A DNA stretch of 64,000 nucleotides, from NCBI GenBank assembly GCA_973895155.1, contig OZ316894.1, positions 23,062,709 through 23,126,708 on the forward strand, written 5' to 3'. Positions within the stretch are counted from its first letter, which is position 1, and the number at the start of each line of letters is the position of its first letter. Both the position numbers and the translations under genes were made by a program. The notes below the pieces were generated by a model, which searched no databases, was not told where the DNA came from, and was given only the letters and a program-made list of their open reading frames with translations. This DNA is from Marsupella aquatica (Eukaryota; Plantae; Marchantiophyta). Positions 27,411 to 38,400 of the stretch are shown in pieces.

Positions 27411-29369
27411 GGCGTTATATCTGCAGCCTCGAGCGCCCACCTCATCTCTATTTGTTTGAACCCATAGAATTTCCTCATGATTACCGGGATGATTACACGG
27501 CTGATTTAATTTCCCCCACTCAATAAGTCCACGTACTTTGGATTTATGTGAAGGGCAGTCCACTATTCCGGAGGAGACAACCGCATGCCACGCCTCCGGG
27601 CCGGAATCCAAAGCCAGAACTTCCGGAAGCTTAGTAATGGCTTGCCTGATTTTGAGGTAGGCATCCTATGTGGCAAAATACCCTTTACGGATTTCGTGGA
27701 GATAAGGCACGCGTCAATCGTCCCACCACTTTCAGATGGATTGTTTTTCTCCCGCGGAAACAAGCATTCCTCGTTCGGTTACAAAATGGTGACAAAGGCA
27801 CTGCATCTCCCATTTCCAATGTTCAATTCTCCACCTCCGCAAGAAGCACACAACAGATGATGGACGATGGGCCCTTACAACGTGCTGAGGAGGTCGACTG
27901 TTGTTCATTGAAAGTTTGCGCGATCGCTTGTTGAGTACAAGAAGTTAATACGTACCTATTTCTTTGGACAATTCTCAGATGTATAGATCGGATGCATACT
28001 ATTTCTTGTTAAATTCTATAGTATGCACGTATGATTAATGTTTCCAATGTAAATCTGTTCATAGGTGTTGTACTCGACTAAATGGACAGATGTTTCCCCA
28101 ACCTCGACCCCAACCCCTCCATGTATTCCTTTCCAAGCCCGGCCGGGCAACTTCCATCCCACCATACAATGCAACCCAGGCGAGAACATTGAAACTAATC
28201 ATCATCTGAACCCAAGGCTGGCCAGCCATCCCCGTTTACCTCCGACCCCTAAACGAAGCATGCTTTAGTGCGAGATCAACATCTGATTGGTGATGTGATC
28301 GAATTACAGCATCGCAATAGGTAATCTCCATACTCTATTTACTTCATGCATCTTTCATGCATATTACAGTGATTGAAACGTTTACTGTCCACGCAGGTTT
28401 TCCAAGGCCATGCAGATTTCACCCCAGAACAATGGAGGACCTCAATATATGAAGACAGTGGTGGAAAGCATGGGATTTTATCGGCCGCTAGGGGTTACGT
28501 GCGGGATGCAATCTGGGTATGGCGTAGTATATCTAAGATATTTGTTCCATGATGAAACCATTCCTAGCATAGTAATTTTAATTAGTAGACCAGATCTGCC
28601 CGAGTAATCCTTTTGTTCGAGTTATTCTAATTATTGCACAAACATATACTAACACCAATGTCGTGCTGAAATTTTGACAGTTTTGACATGCATGTGAGGC
28701 CAAAGCTAGGTCTCTTCCTTCAGCGTACTTGACCTCAACTACACCTCTTCGTGTGGTCAGTTCTAGCTTGTCTATTACAATGTAGACAGATTCCCTAGTT
28801 TTTCTTGAAGCTAGCAGTACATGTTGTAAATGCTATTTCCCATGTGTACTAATTACTGGAAAGTGCTCTCGATTGCGTCCCAGGAATTGTTCTTCAAACA
28901 AAATCATGCAAAGTTCATGCTATGGACAATTGACCCGTGACGCCCTTGCAATGCACCACCCGTCATTTCGCTAATTTGGAATATAATTAAGTAACAATGG
29001 ATGAAAAAAGCCTTCGGTGGAAATGATGTTGTGTCCTCGTTGTGTCTCTGAAGCTGCTTGCTGTCTGGTTCTATGTATCTCTATGTTGGCCTTGTGTGCC
29101 ACTTTTTGTTTGGATTGTTGATTACGGGAGATTGGGGAGGGGCCCTACCCAATGCTCCTGGAACTATGATGACCACTACATGAATGTCGCTGCGATCCGC
29201 TAAAGCGCTAATAGTGGCTGAGTTCTGTTGGATAAGTGGCTGAGTTTTGCTGGATGAGTCCTACCTCCTGAAACAAATACCCCCCAAAAAAGAAACAGCC
29301 CAAGAAAACAAATATCTCCTGAAATTGTCTGCAAATTTGTGGTGGTCAAACCAACAAGCAACCGAAGCA

Positions 29370-29530
29370 AACGACCCCTAAAAACAAGTACCTTGTAACA
29401 AATACCCCATGAAACAAATACCCCTTGAAACCAATACCCCACAAAACAATACTCCCCGGAACCAATACCCCACAAAACACAATTACCCCCTGGAACCAAT
29501 ACCCCATGAGACACAAATACCCCATGAAAC
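29370..29530. repeat. ~17-19-bp degenerate tandem repeat (AAATACCCCATGAAAC-like)
   Basis: About 8 successive AATACCCC motifs. Confidence 0.8.
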
Positions 29531-29705
29531 TTTCAGCAATTTTACAATGGTCAAATGCAACCCACTACCAACAAATATACATACATATCGATTGTAATCA
29601 AAACCATTTTAAGCCAGTGTCATAATACAAGGTGAACGAACAATGATAGTTATGTGAAAAGCACAATATCGTTTGACTGTCTGTTATTCAAAATGCCTTT
29701 CAAAA

Positions 29706-30179
29706 CTACGCCAACCCAGACCCTATCTGCATTTGTAGCCACTCCTCAGCCTGTTCTCGAGTCTTAAAGGACCTGTGACTATTACCACTAAAATGTAAAA
29801 CTTGTTGTTGAGCAGTTTCCCAACAGTCATATATACCTGGTCTATGACCTCTAACCACTGCGTAGAAACGATTGGTTCTATGTCTGCCTAGGCTGAGATT
29901 AAACTGTCGGCCATCAATATGTTGCAAAGGCATACCGTGGGGTTGAACCATGTCAGGTTGAGCTGCCATAGCAAGAGCCGCTTCTGATGGCTGACGGGCA
30001 AGAGCAATGCATCGCTCCAGAAACTCATGCAGCAACAGAAGTAGCCTGCTCAAGAAACCCAGCAATGCCCAGAACATACTTTTGGTACACAATCCCACTA
30101 CAGAGCACGCAAATCCGGCAATTCGTTGCCTACAAAACCCCCAAACCACGTCAACGTCAAACTTTCCAGCGCATGCCAT
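29706..30179 (-). CDS. Small protein (or last exon) ending in an RNase H1 N-terminal / caulimovirus viroplasmin (Cauli_VI) hybrid-binding domain
   Basis: RFYAVVRGHRPGIYDCWETAQQQVLHFSGNSHRSFKTREQAEEWL matches the FYAVxxGxxPGIYxxWxxxxxQVxxF....FxTxxxAxxW/F signature. A stop follows 8 residues later and there is no catalytic RNase H domain. The start could be ATG 29969. Confidence 0.75.
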   Translation of the reverse strand: MACAGKFDVDVVWGFCRQRIAGFACSVVGLCTKSMFWALLGFLSRLLLLLHEFLERCIALARQPSEAALAMAAQPDMVQPHGMPLQHIDGRQFNLSLGRHRTNRFYAVVRGHRPGIYDCWETAQQQVLHFSGNSHRSFKTREQAEEWLQMQIGSGLA

Positions 30180-31279
30180 GGCGCCTCAAAGTTGCATTTG
30201 TTTGCCTTGTATTTGCTCCCAAAGCGAGCCCCAAACCGCCTGGTTGTATCACTAGGCCTAACTTGAGAAGATCATGAACTTCCAGCTAGCCCCGATCAGC
30301 CCCTAATCGATAGGATCATGAACTGCTGCTACGATAGATGATTCCAGGCCGCCCCCCAGCAAGAAACCCTTCAGCATGAATTGCCAGGCAGACGATCAGC
30401 CCCAACTCGACTGGAACGTGCTGCTATGAGAATGATTCCAGACAGCCTCCCAGCAAGAAACCCTCCAGCAAGAAGCTAGATTTGAACCTCCTCCCATCCT
30501 CGCTACATCATGTGGCCAGTAATCGATAAAATGCTGGCGGACACTTCTTAACTATAATATCTGGATATGCTGGTGGGACCCAGCAGGTGCACGCGTCACG
30601 CTGAAACAAAGGACAAACTATACCTCCACGCGTCATGCTACAACAAAGGACAAACTATACCATTTTTTAGTGATGCACGCACATTGCCCTCACCATTTGG
30701 TGTGAAGTTTACCTTGAATATGGTCACAGGGGACCGTTTGGTGTTTGATATACCTTAATATGAGCAAGGGTTAGTCAAGTCTAGCATAATCTGAGCTCCC
30801 AAGTCTAGCATTGATCTATGTGACCACCCTTTATTGGAACATGTGTATATGACATATAATTATGCTTGCATCCAAGTATGATTCAAAGTAGTTTAGGACT
30901 TTGGGGCTTATGAGCCTTGACTAAACAAACACAAAAATGTATGTAACCCAACCCTTCCCAAATTAAATCATCCCAATGCTGCATTATCTAGTGGACCCGT
31001 CTTCACACTGATGGCTTGATAACTTTTGAAGGGGTTTCATAATTGGTGTAAAATGTATCCAATGTACATCTAATAGGGGCATTCATTATCCAAAATGTAG
31101 TTTGCAAAAATAACAATTTGTGAAAGGTAATATAGGATCCCCATTTAGTATAAGTCTTTAGTTTACAAAGGCTGGTGGCCCTAGGGTACCAATTGTTGTC
31201 AATTTAATACCAGAGCGGGTAACATTTTCTACCCACTCTAACATAATATGAGCTTAATTGCAAGGGTTACCATAATTAT

Positions 31280-31972
31280 ATATGGTGTCAAATGCACCAT
31301 TATATGAGGAAATGGTACCATCAGGTGCCTAATGCATCATTCATATGGTGCCTAGTGTAACATTCTATGAGGATATGGAACCATATGGTGCCTAATGCAC
31401 CATTATATAAGGAAATGGTACCATATCCTGCCTAATGCACCATTCTATGAGGAAATGGGACCATATGGTGTCAAATGCAACATTCTATGAGGAAATGGTA
31501 CCATATCCTGCCTAATGCATCATTCTATGAGGAAATGGGACCATATGGTGCCTAATGCACCATTCTATGAGGAAATGGTACCATATCCTGCCTAATGCAC
31601 CATTATATAAGGAAATGGTACCATATCCTGCCTAATGCACCATTATATGAGGAAATGGGACCATATGGTGCCTAATGCACCATTATATAAGGAAATGGTA
31701 CCATATCCTGCCTAATGCACCATTCTATGAGAAAATGGGACCATATGGTGCCTAATGCACCATTCTATGACGAAATGGTACCATATGGTGCCTAATGCAC
31801 CATTATATCAGGAAATGGTACCATATGGTGCCTAATGCACCATTCTATGAGGAAATAGTACCATATCCTGCCTAATGCAAAATTCTATGAGGAAATGGGA
31901 CCATATGGTGCCTAATGCACCATTATATCAGGATTTGGTACCATATGGTGCCTAATGCATTATTCTATGAGG
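31280..31972. repeat. 40-bp tandem minisatellite, ~17 copies
   Basis: Unit GGAAATGGTACCATAT(CC/GG)TGCCTAATGCACCATT(C/A)TATGA with exact 40-bp periodicity. Confidence 0.97.
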
Positions 31973-34283
31973 ATTGAAAAACATAATAGGAAAAGCATTG
32001 AAAAACACAGAATAGTGCCACAATTTGCCCCTATTTTAGGACAAAAATAGGGAACAAACAAAATATGTTGAGAACGGACTATGTTTTCCCAGACTAAAAA
32101 TCACCAAAATCAAGTGAAGTTACATTCCGGGACCTTACAACCCTTTATTATAGTTTGTAATGGTACCTTATTGTTTGAACTCTACCTGAATATGGGCCGG
32201 GTATCATTTTGCGTACATCCTCTACCTTAATATCACCGCGGGGACGATTTGGTGTGAAGTTATCCTAATGTATGCAAGGCATAATCGTTAAAAGTCAACT
32301 TGGCTACATATGAGGAAGGTAACATTACTGTTTGGGCTAGACTAGCGCGCTTATAATGTATTACGCAACAAACTGACACGCATGTTAAATATACTGACTT
32401 TAGTTGGTCAAACGCTTATTCAATGCCGTCAAGTGCGCTCTTGGTGGACCGAAAAGAATGATGAAGGTGTTCGTGGAGAAAGGTGTTCGTGATGAATGTG
32501 TTCGTGCTTTGCTCTTCAGCAAGGTGAAGCCAGAGTCTGTCGCGTGCTCTTTTGTGTATTGCCAATATGCCGACGAAACCGAAGGAACGATGTTCGTGTC
32601 AATACAAATGTTTGCGTCTACAGAATGGGTTTGATTTCATCAGCCCAAGAACTCGACGACGAATGCACAGCTTGACAAACTTGGGGGTCGGAACGCAGAT
32701 GACTCTTGAAGAGCAATGTTTGACCCAGCTTTCTCTTCAAACGCCTATGTTGTCCGCTGTCTCTACGACCCTCTATTAGTCTGACACACATTATCAGACG
32801 GGATCTTTACTTGCTCCTGACTCGAGACAATCAATTTTCATTGTGGAACGAACGAGCACTCAGTAGACTTGGAAGCTCGCTAATATTAGATTTGACAGGA
32901 TCAAAAGGCTGATAGTTCTCTCAAATTGCAATTAACTCTCTTTTCTCTGCGCAGGGAGGTTGCCATAATAATATTCTCTACAAGCAGCAATTCTCTAAGT
33001 CCCCACCGCAGTGATAATTGTCGCCAAATTCCATTTTCCAACAGAACATTCTTTCCCCAGTCGGCCAAGTCGGGATCGAGTGGCTCCCATATTCGATTAT
33101 TATGAAGTTTCTATCACTAAGCTTCCATAGTACGTCCCAATCTCCAGCTTCCATTCAGTACTTGGCGATTTGACGAACAGGCCTGATTGATTTAGATGAC
33201 ATTGATTCAATTCACGAAATTGATAAAACTGATTCGGAGGTATGCGATTGAAACGAGTTGTTCCAAATCAAAGAAACGGACCCATGGAATTGATGGAAGT
33301 GATTGAGAGGGGGAAATTTCTTGGATCAATATTCATGTTCTTCATCCATAATTTCAGTGTAAATTAATGAGTAGACTATTATATGTATTCCAAAGAGTGT
33401 AACTAAGTTAGCAAGTGGGACATGGATGTCCTCTAAAGGAACAAGCCCATGCTGATCCTATTGCTAGACACCAAAAGAGAAAGATTAGATGTTTTCCTAA
33501 GAGCATTATGGCACTTGGTTAGAATATTGGAGCCCTTTTCCAGAACTTTCAATGTGATGAAACCTAGCTAGCTCTAGATCTTTCTCCACTGAAGGTTTCA
33601 AAAGAGTCACCCTGGAGTGGTGAAGTAAGTTCAATGCAAAATCTATCTTTCTTACGTCTTTCTTCTTGGAGCCCTCACAAGAAGATTGTCACGAGAGATT
33701 TAAAATCAAGTCATTCCACATGACCGGATTTGGCTGGAACTTTTGCTTGAAGTATAGATCCCAAGTGTACTCCAGAGAAATTCATCGCTCCTACTAAGAT
33801 CCAACTTCTTTACCCTATATCCCTCCTCAAGACCTGCTATTCAATGGATTTCAATTGACTCCTTCATCGGACTACCGGTAAAACTAAGTTGATCATAGTC
33901 GTACTATTAAAAGATCAACATGAGATCATAATTTGAGACTCAGATAGCAACCTACCTCATTGAGGATTGAATGACATGGATCAGCTCCATTGAGGAATCC
34001 ACATCACCACAAAAGTAGAGACTGCCAGAGAAAAATATGAAGCCTTCATGCAATCTCTAGATCATTCTCCAAGACTAGAGCAAAATTCTTTGTGAAGTAC
34101 TGAGCAAAGCACACAACTTAATTGGAGGTGAAAACTGTGTCTCAAATTAAAGACACTACAAAAGGGGCCAGTCTCATATTTCACTCTCATTGGTGTGTTT
34201 AGATGTAGGACTGTATCTGTCCCAGGTCTCTGTTTATTTGCCAAATGCAGTTTTTCAATTCTTGAATCTCCTGCTGACTCTGG

Positions 34284-37200
34284 TCATTCTCCCCTTACCC
34301 TATCCCAGGTCTCCTCTATCAATTTGCCAAATGCAGAAACTTTGCTCCTCACCCATGCAGAAGTAATTCCCCTTTGGAGAAGAACAGATGTTACATCATA
34401 GATTTTCCTGACCCACCTAGTTCTAGGAAAAATAATACCAAGCAATCGAATAGACAGCAGCAGAAACCCTATCAGACAAATTGCTCCACCTACGGAAGCT
34501 GTGATAATTGTCAAATTTCCTCCCAGTGATGATATACCATTAGCACTTATCACAACTATAGAACCTGCAGCAAAAGCCAAAAGTATACATACAATGGATG
34601 GGAAAAGGGTTGCAACTGCCAAGATGATCATCCCCCGAGTTTTTTCTAATTCGGCTGCCATTGGCTGTTGTGGCATTGGGAGTGCCGGAATCAGAGAAAA
34701 AGTAATGGCAGCAACTGCTAGATAGAAGGACAGTGTATCACAAACTATAAAAATTCTCACCCATATGTACCTGGCTTGTATTTGATTAGGCCCATCTCCA
34801 CCACTATAGCCAAGTGGGGGTTGCAATGGTCCCACATAAGATGCTGTTGCAACCAATGTTGCCATGACTGAGATTGCATTTGTAGCAAAACTCATGGCAT
34901 TTTGACTAGCACTAAACTCCTTCAATTGCCTGTCGTACCACCATGAAAGGAACTTCTCATTGGTGCTCAAGCTACCTTTTGGATATGGAGCTTGCCCATC
35001 CTCATCAACTTTGAAGATATCACATCCAAACTGCAACAAGAGGTTGATGCATCCTTGTCTCTCAACAATGGTACTCTCATATGCTGGAGGCCCCAGATAA
35101 TTGGGGACAATGTACTTGACATTCACAAAGTCAAGTAAATGACCCTGAATTCTGAGACTTTTGGGGTCCAGGACAGCATGAAGAACAGTCCGTTCATCGT
35201 GGTCTTCAATGTAGGGATCACATATTTTGCTCTCGAGGTAAGCTCTCAGGAGCTTATAGTTACCAAAGCTTGCAGCAACATGCATGGTTGGCCAATGAAG
35301 ACCCGTGCTCCGGACTACTTCCCCATGTAGCCATCCATATCCTAAAGTGCGCCCTCTGTTATGGGAAGTTTTTGGGCGGGCCTGTTCAGAAAGCTAGAAC
35401 ACAAACAAGGTTCTACAAGTTAATTATTACATCCAGCATGGATACAAATTTCGGGATACCATGCACTAAACTTTAGACCCGTATCTTACAGTTTTAGTTG
35501 ACTGTTCAACCTGTGAATATGAAAGTATTCCAAAGAAGGTGCCATTTGCAACCGGTCACACAGCCCAAAATTGTCACGGGTAATAACTTGAAAGAGCTAT
35601 CAAAGTCCCTCACAATTTGCAATAAGCCAGAGTGGATAAAGGTTTGGTACTCACATGAAGTAGTCGTTTCACCATGTCCACCTCGCCTGTCAGAGTGGCA
35701 AGCTCTAACGCATCTAACGCGACGACCTGACCATTTTCTAGTGAACACCAGAATGGCTTATCCTGTGCGGAGAATGTTCGGCTTCCGTACCAGAGTTCTG
35801 GGCTTCCGTTCATTATTGTGCTGTGGAGAGGGGTTACACCTTTTTCGAATTTTCTGCTCCCTGGAAAGCCATTCTGGACAGAGAGAGAATTCAATTCCAT
35901 ATCACCCAGATCTATCCCTCGCCGTTTCCAACCGAGGAAGGGATCCATGGGCTGTTCACAAAGCCCTCCGTACGCCTTGGTACCCTGTTTTAGGTCGAAA
36001 ATTCCGGGAGAACCTATTCTGTGGCGTCTGCACTCGTCGGACAACCGGTAGTGGTATCGTAAGAGGCCCGAGAGCGCCCCACTCTCGTTGCCTACGACGG
36101 CAGCTCGGTGCCAAACCGTTCTTCCTAAACCATCAGGTGCCTTTATTGCAAGTTCAAAGACGTCCACTTCCGCTTGAACTGCCATACTCAGCGATAGGTC
36201 GTGGAAAGCTGATATGGATCCCTCATCCACCGCAACATGCAATGGGGTTCTCCCCTGCGCATCATGGAGCTTCAAGAGAGACTGCCAAAGAGGTTCTTCC
36301 CCTGGTTGAGCCGGGTACTGCCAAGCCTCCCGCCACAAGTACTTTATAAGGAGCTGTGCTTTTCTCGAAGAGCTCCCCTGACATCGCTTGGTGAATAGAA
36401 AGTGAAACAGGTACTCTGACACTCGCTCTTTCGAGAGATCAAAATCCCAGAAGAGGAAATTGAATTCTCGGTCGTCCGTCCAGGCATCGAAAATGCTTTG
36501 GCAGAGTCTGAGAGAAGGAGGGTCGCCTTTGATCCTCTCCACAACTCCTTCCGTGATTTTTCTTAATTGCTCCCTGTGGACCTCAATAGGCAAAGCGCTC
36601 GGTGTCTTGGTTAAGAGTAAAGCAAGGACATCGACGTTTCCGTTTACTACTGCCACTCCTAATGCGTCGAACTCGCGAGCGGGTCCAGAGTACATATACT
36701 TTGCACGTATCAACTCATCAAAATGGAGGACTGGGCGTATTTCGTTCAGTTCGGCAAGATCAGTCTTGAATTCGAGAAAATTACTACCAGTCCCTTTGTC
36801 AGGTGCCACGCGAATAGCATCATCTTGAGAATGAGAAGGATCTGCACCGCTGTGTTCGGTCTTATCTGGCTTATCAGTCCGAACCTCGTCTGGGGCCACT
36901 GTGGGTGCGTCTTCGTTGCCCCTCGAAGCATTGATTCCCTCGTCTGTTGAAGGCTTGACTCCTTGCTTATCCATTTCCGACTTATCACCGAGGATGTCTT
37001 CTCCTGTGTAGAACTTGAGAACTTGCTCCACGATTGCTACGCAGCCTCTGCTAACACCCAGATGAAGAACAGCTAACGCCCGCTCTTTCAAGAGGCTCAA
37101 ATCGTCTTTCAAGAGCCGCATGACCTTAACACAATCGCCAGCCAAGTCCTTGAGTTCCGCGTCAAGTTTGTCTTTCAGCGAGTTACGACCGGTGCGTTCT

Positions 37201-37373
37201 TCCGGATCTGTATCCAGATGAAGCACAGCTGCCCGCCGGTCGTTCAAGAGGCTAGATGCCTCTTTCAAGGGCCGCATGATCTCGAGGAGACAATCGCCAT
37301 CCCAGTCCTTGAGTTCAGTGTCCATTTCGTCCTTCGGCGCCTCATGACCCGTGCGTTCTAGCGGATCTGGCAT
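34284..37373 (-). CDS. Ankyrin-repeat/PGG-type transmembrane protein, copy 2, intact (938 aa)
   Basis: join(37373-35655, 35381-34284) with a phase-0 GT-AG intron (CAT|GTGAGT ... AACAG|GCC); exon lengths are 1719+1098 bp. Ankyrin motifs: DAQGRTPLHVAV, DGLGRTVWHRA, TPLHSTI, WPTMHVAASFGN, ERTVLHAV. The C-terminus has ATLVATASYVGPLQPPLGY plus 4-5 TM segments. Confidence 0.9.
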
Positions 37374-37996
37374 GGTTTCTGTAGAAATGGAGTGGAGTAA
37401 AGTTGTATGTCGTGATTAGAGGGCTCACATCGGACCCCTTTGTACCGTTCGACTCTCGCCGCATAGGACAGTAGCAGCTGGAGGAAAGACAGGGTAGAGA
37501 CGGAGAAGTTGCAGCTTATTAGGTGCTTCAATGTCGAATTCAACACAGCACATTCCTCGTGGCTCCTTCGGTCCTTCGCTTGCATTAATTGAATTGTTCC
37601 TTCTTGAGACTCCTTCGAGAAACAGGCTGTATTATTGTCCCGCAGGCCTTGGCGAGCCCTAGCTCTGAGGTCCTTTTCCTGCGCAATAGTTTGCAGTCCT
37701 GTACAATCTTGTAGTCCTGCATACTGCTAGTGGCTCGTTCACTGAACCATTCATTGCTCTCGTACCGGCCATCGGGTGCGTAAATTCGTGGTTCGTTCAA
37801 ATGCGGTCCACTGAATGTTGGTGTTGGTTATTGTCTATCGCGTGCCGAAATCCCTGTCCACTCACAACGTAATATTACAACACAATCATTTCTTCAATCG
37901 TGCAAAATCCTCTCCGCGTTGTTGTGCAGTGGCTCTTTTCTTAATGTCCTCAGAGATTTTTTATTTAACAAAATAACTCAGAGAGGGTACAAAGCT

Positions 37997-38400
37997 AACC
38001 AACTGGTTTTGGTCAGTTGGCCAGAGGATGAGCCTAGAACCGATAGGAGTTGGCCAGAGGATGAGCCTAGAACCGATAGGACCCAGGTTCAATCCTCCCT
38101 CCACACATAATCCTCCCTCCACACATAAGAGGTTCAATCCTCCCTCCACACATAAGGGGTGTGGAGGGTATGTGTGTGTGTGTGTGGGTGGGTGGGGTGT
38201 AGTGGTGGGAGTATTAGTTATCTCCTCAGCCCAAGTTGCCCACTTTGGGTTCTGGTTTAATCCTCTCTCCCTCCTGGTCTGGGTCCCTGTCGGATCCTTG
38301 GGTATTGTCCCCTTGTGGCTGCCCTACATTGAAATGCATGCTCCAAAGCGGGACGTCTATCCTCTGTTGGATGGGCCTGCTTTTGGTTTTCAAGGCAAAA
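37997..38400 (+). mobile_element. tRNA-derived SINE with 17-bp TSD
   Basis: The TSD AGAGAGGGTACAAAGCT is at 37980-37996 and 38401-38417, and the empty site is at 12601-12617 in the paralogous unit. It has a B-box GGTTCAATCC, internal duplications of the head, a hairpin CCCTCCACAC-7nt-GTGTGGAGGG (38142-38168) and a short A tail. Confidence 0.87.

Noticed and set aside
31280-31972. CRISPR-like 40-bp palindromic repeats
   Set aside because: No spacers; it is a plain minisatellite.
35498-36349. 283-aa plus-strand ORF and similar antisense ORFs (4094-4612, 10508-10930, 47948-48493, 58684-59244)
   Set aside because: These are shadow ORFs opposite real exons, with no recognisable motifs.
37997-38100. 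Functional tRNA gene (also 15134-15210)
   Set aside because: No complete cloverleaf is evident. Internal duplications, a tail and a TSD indicate a SINE.
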